A stretch of 64,000 nucleotides of DNA from Chitinophagales bacterium (lineage in GTDB: Bacteria; Bacteroidota; Bacteroidia; Chitinophagales; CAIOSU01), in assembly GCA_018401955.1 (NCBI GenBank), contig JAGYJT010000002.1, forward strand, positions 27,723 through 91,722, given 5' to 3'. A program made the translations under genes and the position numbers. Below, piece by piece: positions 38,777-47,929 of this stretch. How positions within the stretch are numbered: the stretch's first letter is position 1; each line of letters starts with the position of its first letter. The notes beneath the pieces were generated by a model. The model saw only the letters and a list, made by a program, of their open reading frames with translations, did not search any database and was not told the DNA's origin.

Positions 38777-40015
38777 ATGCGTTACGTAAAAACATTTACA
38801 CTAATTATATTTTCATTTTTATTGTTTAATGTAAACGCCCAACCACCCTCTCGGGGCAGGGCTACCGAAATGATAATAGCGGGTGATAACTCACTGCAAA
38901 TGCTTGATTTGGAGCGTGCCATTGAGTTTTACTCATCTGCAATCAGCTTAGACCCGAGTTACGCTGATGCTTACATGAAACGATCGAACGCCTATGCAAT
39001 TGCCGGTAGGAATACTGAAGCAAAAATGGATTTTGATAAAGCAATATCGTTAAACCCCTACATTAATTACATTTACGACAAACGAGGCAAGATTCAAGTA
39101 CTTATTGCTGACTTTATGGGTACCTTGATAGATGTTGACAAAGCAGGTTCGATAAGGCCTGAATTAGGCAGCATGATGCAGCAGCTCATTTTGCAGGACC
39201 TCAGAAAAATTAACCCTCAAACAATACGGACTATAGACAGCCTTGTGTCAGAGAATCAAGCTACGGCTAATCTGCTTTCCATAAAGGCACTGGCCTTGTG
39301 GGAGGTTGGAGACATAACTGATGCATTGATAGCAGTTGAAGAGGCAATAGCCTTAAACCCCAATAGCGCTTTTGCCCACAACGTTCATGGTCTTATATTC
39401 ATTGATACAGAGGCCTATCCACAAGCACTAATGGCTTTTAATGATGCTATTAAACTGAATAAAGAATTTTCTTATGCTTATCTTAATAGAGGAAGAACTT
39501 ATGCCCTCTTACAAAATCAAGCAAACGCGTTAAAAGATTTGAATACTGCTGTTTTGCTTGACACCACCAATGCCTTGGCATATTATGCCAGGGGCATTTA
39601 TTATAAAGAACTGGGTAATGCCGATGCAGCAATAGCCGACTATACAGCTGTAATAAACCTAAGGCCCAATTTTGCGGATGCATACTTTTCAAGAGGCTTT
39701 GCCGAAAAAATGAAGGGTATATATACTGATGCCTTAATTGATTATGACCGAGCAATAGAGCTGAACCCTAACTCTGCGCTGTTTTTTAACAACAGGGGCA
39801 TTGTGAAAACAATAGCCGGTAGAAACTTTGAAGCTGAAAAGGATTTTAAAATGGCGATAAGCCTTCAGCCAGATTATGCTGCTGCTTATCATAACTTGGG
39901 CATGACATTAATAATAAATCACTCAAGAGACGAAGGGTGCCGCAATATTGAAACCAGTATAAACAAAGGTCTTGTTATCGATAAGGATATCTATCGATAT
40001 TTTTGCGCTCAATAG
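38777..40015 (+). CDS. Tetratricopeptide repeat protein, secreted
   Basis: Signal peptide; repeated A..DY..AI.L.P..A.AY..RG. Confidence 0.93.
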   Translation: MRYVKTFTLIIFSFLLFNVNAQPPSRGRATEMIIAGDNSLQMLDLERAIEFYSSAISLDPSYADAYMKRSNAYAIAGRNTEAKMDFDKAISLNPYINYIYDKRGKIQVLIADFMGTLIDVDKAGSIRPELGSMMQQLILQDLRKINPQTIRTIDSLVSENQATANLLSIKALALWEVGDITDALIAVEEAIALNPNSAFAHNVHGLIFIDTEAYPQALMAFNDAIKLNKEFSYAYLNRGRTYALLQNQANALKDLNTAVLLDTTNALAYYARGIYYKELGNADAAIADYTAVINLRPNFADAYFSRGFAEKMKGIYTDALIDYDRAIELNPNSALFFNNRGIVKTIAGRNFEAEKDFKMAISLQPDYAAAYHNLGMTLIINHSRDEGCRNIETSINKGLVIDKDIYRYFCAQ

Positions 40016-40161
40016 CTGAATTATATCTACATATTGGATGCATTTTAACCCATTGTGGCACTTGGGGCAAACCAAAACACCAGCAAAATAATGGAGTTTG
40101 CTCATGGCATGTGCTTTGCAATAGTATCTATATCTATTGTAAACTTCTCTTATTGCTATTT

Positions 40162-40593
40162 ATGAGCCCTAAAACCATTTACCTATCCATTATTATAGTT
40201 TCAATAACACTGGTAGCTTCAGCAAAATGCAACATATGCGGGAAATGGGATGCTGGCCGAGGGGGCATTATTGAAATTTATGAAAATGGTGATAAGCTGT
40301 ATGGTAAACTAGTGGAATCGCAAGACCCTAACAGAATAGATACAGAAAACCCAGACAAAGCCCTTCGCAATGAAAAATTAGTAGGACACAATATATTGAT
40401 AGGCTTTCAACAAGCTAAAGACCTTACTTGGAAAAACGGCAAAATATATAACCCTGACAACGGTGAGTTATATGATGCCAAAATAACTCTTAAGAACGAA
40501 GTATTAAAAATACGGGGCTTTGTGGGTATCGCCCTTTTTGGCAAAACTGTTAAGTGGAGCAGGGTTACAGATAGTATATCACAAAACCCTTAA
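40162..40593 (+). CDS. DUF2147 domain-containing protein
   Basis: D.ENPD..LR, W.NGKIYNP.NG..Y, RGFVG...FGKT..W. Confidence 0.9.
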   Translation: MSPKTIYLSIIIVSITLVASAKCNICGKWDAGRGGIIEIYENGDKLYGKLVESQDPNRIDTENPDKALRNEKLVGHNILIGFQQAKDLTWKNGKIYNPDNGELYDAKITLKNEVLKIRGFVGIALFGKTVKWSRVTDSISQNP

Positions 40594-40633
40594 AGTAAAA
40601 ACGGCCACTGTCAATTGACAGTAGCCGTTTTAC
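40594..40633. terminator. Bidirectional terminator
   Basis: AAAACGGC.ACTGTCA-AT-TGACAGT.GCCGTTTT between convergent genes. Confidence 0.85.
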
Positions 40634-40678
40634 TAGGAACAATATATTATTTCACTAGTTGATTACAACTAGCAGTTG

Positions 40679-42799
40679 TTACTGTTTCTCAGGCTTTGGC
40701 AACAAAACCTTGCGGCTCAAACGGTACTTACCCGTTTTAGGGTCAACGTCTTGAAGTTTAATCCTAATTTTTTCGCCTTCTTTCAATACACCTTCTAAGC
40801 TGTCTAGGCGCTCCCAGCTAATCTCAGATATGTGCAGCAAACCTTGTTTGCCAGGCATAAACTCAACAAAGGCACCGTACGGCATAATTGACTTTACAAC
40901 ACCTTCGTATTCTTCGCCCACATCAGGCACGGCAGCTATGGCACGTATGCGGGCAATAGCAGCATCAATACTCTCTTTGTTATCAGCTGATACGTCAATA
41001 ACACCTTTGTCGCCCACTTCTTCCAACACGATAACAGTACCTGTTTCGCGTTGAATTTCTTGGATAACTTTACCACCAGGCCCTATAACGGCACCAATAA
41101 ACTCTTTAGGTATCATTATTTTCTCGATGCGCGGAGCGTGTGGTTTGTAATCGTCGCGTGGCTCACTGATGGTTTTCATCATCTCGCCAAGTATATGCAA
41201 ACGGCCAGCTTTAGCTTGAGTTAGTGCTTGCAATAATATCTCGTAGCTCAACCCTTGAACTTTAATGTCCATTTGGCAAGCAGTAATACCGTTTTTAGTA
41301 CCAGTTACTTTAAAGTCCATATCGCCCAAGTGATCTTCATCACCCAAGATGTCGCTCAATACGGCAAACTCACCGTCTTTGCCACTGATAAGACCCATAG
41401 CAATACCCGATACCGGGCTCTTGATTTTGATACCTGCATCCATCAACGCTAGCGTGCCAGCGCAAACAGTTGCCATTGATGATGAACCGTTAGACTCTAA
41501 GATATCAGAAACTACACGGATGGTGTAAGGATTGACATCAGGACCAGGGATCATGTTTTTCAAGGCACGTAGGGCCAAGTTACCGTGACCTACTTCTCTG
41601 CGGCTTGTGCCACGGTTAGGGCGAGCCTCACCAGTAGAGAACGAAGGGAAGTTGTAGTGCAACAAGAAACGGTTATAACCTTTAAAGGTAGCGCCATCAA
41701 TTAATTGCTCATCCAACTTGCTACCCATAGTAACAGAAGTTAGTGATTGAGTCTCGCCGCGAGTAAATACGGCAGAACCGTGCGTACCAGGCAAGTAATC
41801 CACTTCACTCCAAATTGGGCGTATCTCATCGGTCTTACGACCATCCAAACGTACTTTTTCTTTCAACACAAGGTCACGTGCTGCTTCATACTCCGCATCG
41901 TGGAAGTATTTCTTCAGCAAATCACCTTTCTCAGCTAACTCTTCTTCGGTAAAGGTGGCTTTGTAAGCTTCCAACACTTCTTTTATGGCAGCGCTGCGGT
42001 CATGCTTCGCTTTGCTATCGCGCATAGCAGCCAAAATATCGTTGTAAGTATCGGCAATTACTTTTTTCTTGAAATCGAAATCGTTATTCTCGTGGCTGTA
42101 TTCGCGTTTGGTAGTTGAACCAACCGCAGCTTCAAGCTCCTTAATGGCCGCTACTTGAAGGCGTATAGCATCGTGGGCCAATTTAATGGCTGTCAACATA
42201 TCCTCCTCGCTCGCTTCCTTCATTTCACCCTCAACCATTACAATACTGTCGTGGGTAGCAGCAACCACAATATCCATATCAGCTGTTTCCAACTGTGTGA
42301 TAGTAGGATTAACCACAAACTGGCCATCAATACGACCAACACGTACTTCAGAAATAGGGCCACTGAAAGGAATATCGCTTACTGCCAAAGCAGCAGAAGC
42401 AGCCAAACATGCATAAGCATCAGGCATGGTATCCTTATCGTTGCTGTACAAAGTAATTTGCACTTGGGTATTAGCGTGGTAATCATCAGGAAACAACGGG
42501 CGCAATGCACGGTCCACCAAACGACAAACTAAAATTTCATACTCACTAGGGCGTGCTTCACGCTTAAAGAAACCACCTGGGAAACGGCCGGTAGAGGCAT
42601 ATTTCTCTTGGTACTCAACTGTAAGCGGCATAAAGTCAACACCATCTTTAGCTTCCTTGTCAGAAACTACTGTTGCCAACATTATTAGATTGCCAACCTT
42701 TACGGTTACCGAACCGTTGGCTTGCTTTGCCAATTTTCCTGTTTCCAGGGTGATCACGAGCCCATTGCCCAGATCGATTGTTTTTGTTTGAATGTTCAT
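40679..42799 (-). CDS. pnp: Polyribonucleotide nucleotidyltransferase
   Basis: Two RNase PH domains, [21 protein letters not shown] and S1 domains. Confidence 0.99.
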   Translation of the reverse strand: MNIQTKTIDLGNGLVITLETGKLAKQANGSVTVKVGNLIMLATVVSDKEAKDGVDFMPLTVEYQEKYASTGRFPGGFFKREARPSEYEILVCRLVDRALRPLFPDDYHANTQVQITLYSNDKDTMPDAYACLAASAALAVSDIPFSGPISEVRVGRIDGQFVVNPTITQLETADMDIVVAATHDSIVMVEGEMKEASEEDMLTAIKLAHDAIRLQVAAIKELEAAVGSTTKREYSHENNDFDFKKKVIADTYNDILAAMRDSKAKHDRSAAIKEVLEAYKATFTEEELAEKGDLLKKYFHDAEYEAARDLVLKEKVRLDGRKTDEIRPIWSEVDYLPGTHGSAVFTRGETQSLTSVTMGSKLDEQLIDGATFKGYNRFLLHYNFPSFSTGEARPNRGTSRREVGHGNLALRALKNMIPGPDVNPYTIRVVSDILESNGSSSMATVCAGTLALMDAGIKIKSPVSGIAMGLISGKDGEFAVLSDILGDEDHLGDMDFKVTGTKNGITACQMDIKVQGLSYEILLQALTQAKAGRLHILGEMMKTISEPRDDYKPHAPRIEKIMIPKEFIGAVIGPGGKVIQEIQRETGTVIVLEEVGDKGVIDVSADNKESIDAAIARIRAIAAVPDVGEEYEGVVKSIMPYGAFVEFMPGKQGLLHISEISWERLDSLEGVLKEGEKIRIKLQDVDPKTGKYRLSRKVLLPKPEKQ

Positions 42800-42894
42800 A
42801 TATCTTCTCGTTCAGCTATCGGGGCGATTTACCCCTTTTACAAATAAAAAATTGCCACCCCCTTTCGGAGGTGGCATATGTTAATTTTGGATAC

Positions 42895-43167
42895 TTACTT
42901 GCGTAAGCCTAGTTTTTCTATCAGCGCGCGGTACTTATTAATGTCCTTCTTAGCCAAGTAGTTAAGCAAACTACGACGTTGACCTACCATGCGAATTAGT
43001 GAGCGAGTAGAGGAATAATCCTTCTTGTTCGTTTTTAGGTGGCCAGTGATATGGGCAATGCGATGTGTGAACAACGCAATCTGCGCCTCAACAGAACCAG
43101 TGTTTCCTTCATTGCCACCGTACTCTTTAAAAAAGGTCTTTTTTGCTTCAGCAGTTAAAATACTCAT
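42895..43167 (-). CDS. rpsO: 30S ribosomal protein S15
   Basis: NTGS.EAQIA, MVGQRR.LL.YL, LGLRK; upstream of pnp. Confidence 0.99.
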   Translation of the reverse strand: MSILTAEAKKTFFKEYGGNEGNTGSVEAQIALFTHRIAHITGHLKTNKKDYSSTRSLIRMVGQRRSLLNYLAKKDINKYRALIEKLGLRK

Positions 43168-43305
43168 TGTTTCAGCTTAATTTTTTCTTTTCGTTCTTAT
43201 CAGTCTGCAAAGATAATTCAATTATTTGTTACGGTAAAAATTATTTTACCCTTTGGCAGATAAGTTTTTGTACCCTTAATGTTCAGTTTGGCCTTATCAA
43301 GGTGT

Positions 43306-43968
43306 TTATACCCTCTTTACTATCAAGTTATCGCTCACTTTATCCGACAAGAAAACGGTATCAGCGGCAGCAATGCGCACCAATCTTGAGTTGTCATAAC
43401 TATTTACTTCCAACACCTCAATACGCGAACCTATATTCAATTTTATGCGATCAAGATATTGTAAGAACTCAGTAGACTGTTCTTTTACCAGCACAATAAC
43501 GCCCTTTTCCAGCGCTTTTAGTTCGTTAAGGCTAATAGGTTCATGGTTATTGATATTACCGTCCGCATCGGGTATAGGGTCTCCATGCGGGTCGTTGGTA
43601 GGGAAACCTAAAAAAGACTCCAACCTGCTTATCAAGTCCGGTGTCTTTATATGCTCCAACTCCTCAGCAATTATATGTACCTCATCCCACTTATAACCAA
43701 GCTTATCCACCAAAAAAACTTCCCAAAGTCGGTGGCTTCTTATCAGCTCAATTGCTATATTCTTCCCAATATCAGTAAGCTGCACCCCTTTATATTTCTC
43801 GTAGGCTACGAGCTGTTTCTCTGCCAGCCGTTTCATCATATCACTTACAGATGCTGCTGTAGTTTGGGTTTCGGCGGCAATATTGTTGGTTGAAATATTC
43901 TCTGGGCTCTTTAAGGAGAGCTTAAATATGGCCTTTAAGTAATTTTCTTCGGTGGTGGATAATACCAA
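43306..43968 (-). CDS. mntR: DtxR/MntR-family metal-dependent regulator with FeoA domain
   Basis: ENYLKAI, HRLWEVFL, AEELEH, DPHGDPIP. Confidence 0.9.
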   Translation of the reverse strand: MVLSTTEENYLKAIFKLSLKSPENISTNNIAAETQTTAASVSDMMKRLAEKQLVAYEKYKGVQLTDIGKNIAIELIRSHRLWEVFLVDKLGYKWDEVHIIAEELEHIKTPDLISRLESFLGFPTNDPHGDPIPDADGNINNHEPISLNELKALEKGVIVLVKEQSTEFLQYLDRIKLNIGSRIEVLEVNSYDNSRLVRIAAADTVFLSDKVSDNLIVKRV

Positions 43969-44209
43969 AACACAGGTTTTGTTTCAAAGATAGCAGAAGG
44001 TGGCTAAAAATGTGAAAATCCGTGCAAGTTAACCTGCACGGATTTTCAAAAATGCAATTCTAGTTAAACAAACAACCTTGCATGAACAAAAGGAACATAT
44101 GGAAGACCGTCAATCAAAGTGGCAGGTTGTAAGGTGTGAAAAATAAATTAAATTGACATAATGGCAGTTAAATTAGGTAAGAACCAGACATTATGGCTTA
44201 AATACAGCA

Positions 44210-44226
44210 TTGGTATTGCAATTGCT
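44210..44226 (+). promoter_or_regulatory. Sigma54-type -24/-12 promoter of hsp20
   Basis: TTGGTATTGCAATTGCT (GG-N10-GC). Confidence 0.6.
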
Positions 44227-44273
44227 TATCGCAAAACTGTAATCAAAAACTTAAAACCCAAAAATTTATAGCC

Positions 44274-44708
44274 ATGAGAACTTTAAAATGGATGAGAAAC
44301 GAACCAATGTTTGCCAATGTGCTTAACAACAACCTACCTGGCTTTTTTAACGATGATGTGTTCCGTAAAGAGTATTTATCTACTCGCCCAGCGGTAAACA
44401 TCAAAGAAAACGAGACCAGCTACGGTTTAGAATTAGCAGCCCCAGGTTTTGTAAAGGAAGATTTTAAAATCGATTTGGATCATGAAATTTTGACCATTTC
44501 GGTTGAGCAAGAACAAAAAGAAGAAGAAGCTAAAGACGGATTTACCCGCAGGGAGTTTAACTATGCTTCGTTCAAACGTTCATTTACCTTGCCAGAAACC
44601 GTAGACAGTGAAAAAATTACCGCTGGCTACACCAATGGCATTTTAACTGTTACCTTGCCCAAAAAAGAGCAAGAGCAACAACTGAAACGTGTTATTAGCA
44701 TTAGCTAA
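44274..44708 (+). CDS. Hsp20/alpha-crystallin small heat shock protein
   Basis: PAVNIKE, APGF.KED, F.RSFTLP, NGILTVTLPK. Confidence 0.96.
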   Translation: MRTLKWMRNEPMFANVLNNNLPGFFNDDVFRKEYLSTRPAVNIKENETSYGLELAAPGFVKEDFKIDLDHEILTISVEQEQKEEEAKDGFTRREFNYASFKRSFTLPETVDSEKITAGYTNGILTVTLPKKEQEQQLKRVISIS

Positions 44709-44773
44709 AACAACTAATTGAGAGTGGTTTGTTAAGCGAAGGGCGTGCAATTTGCACGCCGCTCGCTTTTTTA

Positions 44774-47005
44774 TCATTGCCCTGCATTACGCTTACTTGG
44801 CAAAGTAAACCTCACACCCACATAAGCCATTTGCCCAAATATCGGCCCCCAAATGGAGGAGGCATCAAAATCGGTACTAAAAGGCCTATCGGCAGCAATA
44901 ATTGGGTTGTGCTGTTTGTAGCCGGTTAAGTTTTCTCCACCAACATACACTTCCCATTGTTTCCATATACGGGTAATTTGTGCATTTAGCACCACAAACA
45001 CGGGCGAGTATTCGCTATCTAAGCTCAACTCTCCTTGGCTATAACTTGATGGAAGCCTAGCACGGCCGTTTAACTGCGCTGTAACATCAAACATCCAGCG
45101 CTTGTTGCGGGTAGTATAGCCAGCATTAAAGTGCCCCGCATGCCGAGGTACAAATAAGCGCCCTTCCAACTTGCCGTTGTAAGTGGTTTTTACATCGTTA
45201 AATTTATATGCTGCTCGCAGTTCCAACCCTTTCACTACCTCTCCTATCAACTCTATTTGCAGGCTGTTGGCATACGAGCGGCCATCGAGGTTATAAAAGA
45301 TGGAGCTAAACCGGTCTTCATCCAAATCGAGCACTACTTGGTTGGCAAACTCGGTGCGATAAAAATCGGCGTTAAAACTAAACTCGCGGTTTTTGTATAA
45401 CCACTTCTGCGTAAAGCTGCCGCCAAACGTCCAGCTTTCTTCTGGCTGAAGGGTCTCTGCCACTATTATCTGGCGAGAGCTAACCAATACGTTGGTATTT
45501 TCTGCAAAGATACTAGCCACCCTATACCCACGCCCAGCTGATACGCGAAAAGTGGTCATCTCCTTTGGGCTGTACCTTACATGCAAACGGGGCGTGGCAA
45601 AAACGCCGTATAGATTATGATAATCAACTCGCATGCCGGCTAGCACCGTAAGGCTGGTTAAGAAACTATATTGGTACTCGGCAAACGCACCCGGTACAAT
45701 CTCGCGGCGCTGCAGGTCAATATTGCTATACTGCTCACGGTAATCATCCAACAAAAAACTCGCACCGGTTTTTAGCTGGTGGTTGGTGTTGTTGATATTG
45801 GTTTGAAAAATGAGATTGGAGTAATAATGGGTATTCACGCCCTTATAATCATGATTACCAAAAAAGCCTTCCATGCTATGGTGGGCTACTTCGTTTATCC
45901 AACCCATACTGCTATTGATGCCTTTCTCAAACATACGACCCGTTTTAAGGAAACCCTCATAGCGTTGAGTGGTAAGATCCATACCATAGTAAGGCTGTTC
46001 GCTTCGCGATAGTTTTGGGTCAAAGTTATTTTGGCCACCAGTGCGGCCCTCGTACAACCCGCGCACGGCACCTTGTACTTCCCAGCCTTTATTGTAATAG
46101 GCCCAGCGGTTCATTACGTTTACTTGCTGGTTGAGCGGAATATCTAAAAAACCATCATGGTTCATATCAGTACGGGTGCGAAAGGCACTACCATGCACCA
46201 TCAGTAAAGTGCTCAACTTTTTATTAAACTGGTTGGCAAGGTTAACGTTTACCTCGCTCCTACCCATATGGTTGGCATACAGGTTTACATGCAGCCTGTC
46301 GGTTTCATCGGGCTTTTTGAGCTCAATGTTAATTTGCCCTACCATGGCTTCGTAACCATTTACCACACTGCCTACACCTTTGCTTATCTGTACACTCTGT
46401 AGCCAGGTGCCAGGTAAGTGTGCCATGCCGTAGGTGCGACCCAGCCCACGAATGCTCGGGATGTTCTCAATCATCAATTGAGTATAGATGCCGTCAAGGC
46501 CCAACATACGGATGGTTTTAGCGCCCGTTACACCGTCGGCAAAGTTTACATCTACCGCGGCGTTGGTTTCAAAGCTTTCAGAGAGGTTGCAGCAAGCAGC
46601 TTTTTTAAACTCCTTTTCAGAGAGGGTAATACTGTTCACGGTTCCGGAGAGGGAATAAGAGGTACCGCTCTTGGTAGCCTCTACCGTTGCCACATCCAAC
46701 GATTTTGCTTTGCTCAGTACCACCTCAAGCACCTCGCCGGGCTTAGTATCAATGGTATCGTTGCTGGTGCCAATGTAGCTAATTACCAATTGGTTCTGTT
46801 CCGGATGCTCGGCGATAGTAAAAAAGCCCTCTGCATCGGTAGTGGTGCCCACAGTAGTGTTTAGCCAAAATACATTGGCACTATACACGGGTACTTTGCC
46901 ATCGGCGGTGGTTTCCCACACGCGGCCTTTAATGGGTTGTGCTTGGGCAAGCGTGCAGCCCAATAGCAACCATATTAAACTATAAGTTATCTTTTTGAAA
47001 ATCAT
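44774..47005 (-). CDS. TonB-dependent receptor, putative metal uptake
   Basis: AACCNLSESFETN in plug region, beta-barrel; ATG at 47005. Confidence 0.92.
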   Translation of the reverse strand: MIFKKITYSLIWLLLGCTLAQAQPIKGRVWETTADGKVPVYSANVFWLNTTVGTTTDAEGFFTIAEHPEQNQLVISYIGTSNDTIDTKPGEVLEVVLSKAKSLDVATVEATKSGTSYSLSGTVNSITLSEKEFKKAACCNLSESFETNAAVDVNFADGVTGAKTIRMLGLDGIYTQLMIENIPSIRGLGRTYGMAHLPGTWLQSVQISKGVGSVVNGYEAMVGQINIELKKPDETDRLHVNLYANHMGRSEVNVNLANQFNKKLSTLLMVHGSAFRTRTDMNHDGFLDIPLNQQVNVMNRWAYYNKGWEVQGAVRGLYEGRTGGQNNFDPKLSRSEQPYYGMDLTTQRYEGFLKTGRMFEKGINSSMGWINEVAHHSMEGFFGNHDYKGVNTHYYSNLIFQTNINNTNHQLKTGASFLLDDYREQYSNIDLQRREIVPGAFAEYQYSFLTSLTVLAGMRVDYHNLYGVFATPRLHVRYSPKEMTTFRVSAGRGYRVASIFAENTNVLVSSRQIIVAETLQPEESWTFGGSFTQKWLYKNREFSFNADFYRTEFANQVVLDLDEDRFSSIFYNLDGRSYANSLQIELIGEVVKGLELRAAYKFNDVKTTYNGKLEGRLFVPRHAGHFNAGYTTRNKRWMFDVTAQLNGRARLPSSYSQGELSLDSEYSPVFVVLNAQITRIWKQWEVYVGGENLTGYKQHNPIIAADRPFSTDFDASSIWGPIFGQMAYVGVRFTLPSKRNAGQ

Positions 47006-47070
47006 TTGCACAATATTAAAATGAAAAACACAGACCTGTAACGGTCTTATCAAATCATTTTAATAATGGC

Positions 47071-47493
47071 TTATAACGTATATACCTGCAGCTGCGCTAG
47101 GCGACTTTGCATGCTAGGTGGTGGCAGGTTGTTGTATAAAGGTAAAAATGCCGTTTGCTCAACAATAGCCAACTCAAAAGTGGCAAGGTGGATAATACCT
47201 ACAACCGGTAATACCGGAGCGCCATAAGCATAGTGCTCTTCGGTTTTTTGTGGAATATCCAACTGGTAAAAACTTGTAGATTCTTCGCAGCAACCTTTCT
47301 TTTTGGTTTGCGAGGCTTCTTTATTGGCACAGCATACATGAAGATTGCTAACCCCTGCCTCTGCCGAAACAAACAACGTAATACCCTCTTGCCCCGTAAC
47401 CAAGCAAGTATGCTTATATATACCGATACCGATAGTAGTGGTAAGCATTAAAGCTACCAACAGTATACTACCTATGTATCGTGGTTTAAACAT
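47071..47493 (-). CDS. HYC_CC_PP-family Cys/His-rich protein
   Basis: HTC...CC...GCCEE...LPPP pattern, upstream of a TonB receptor. Confidence 0.8.
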   Translation of the reverse strand: MFKPRYIGSILLVALMLTTTIGIGIYKHTCLVTGQEGITLFVSAEAGVSNLHVCCANKEASQTKKKGCCEESTSFYQLDIPQKTEEHYAYGAPVLPVVGIIHLATFELAIVEQTAFLPLYNNLPPPSMQSRLAQLQVYTL

Positions 47494-47657
47494 TATTGGT
47501 TATTGAAAAATAAACGACAACAGCGTTTGGTTCAAAATATCTTGTGTCTTAACAATAACGCAAATTTATCGTAAAAAGTGGTGCAACATATTTGCAAAAA
47601 TAAAAAAGCACCGTTTAGAATACTCCAAACGATGCTTTATAACATTAATTAACTTTT

Positions 47658-47867
47658 CTACGATTCTACGTTAGCATTATTCTTCCTTCTATCATAAATT
47701 TTCTTGGCACCTACTGCTGCTCCAGCAATCAATAAAATTGATGCGCCGCTATCAATTGGAATAGCCAATGGTGGAGGTGGCGGGGGTGGTGGACCTGCCA
47801 ATAACTGACTCACACTCAACAAAGTGAATGCGGCAACCATAGTGAATATTACTAACAGATTTTTCAT
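47658..47867 (-). CDS. PID-CTERM sorting-domain small protein
   Basis: Signal peptide, poly-Pro, IPIDSG, TM helix, basic tail. Confidence 0.85.
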   Translation of the reverse strand: MKNLLVIFTMVAAFTLLSVSQLLAGPPPPPPPPLAIPIDSGASILLIAGAAVGAKKIYDRRKNNANVES

Positions 47868-47929
47868 TATAGGGGCTTTAATAAGGTCTACACCTTTGTT
47901 TGCATTTTCAAAGTTAACGTTAATATAGT

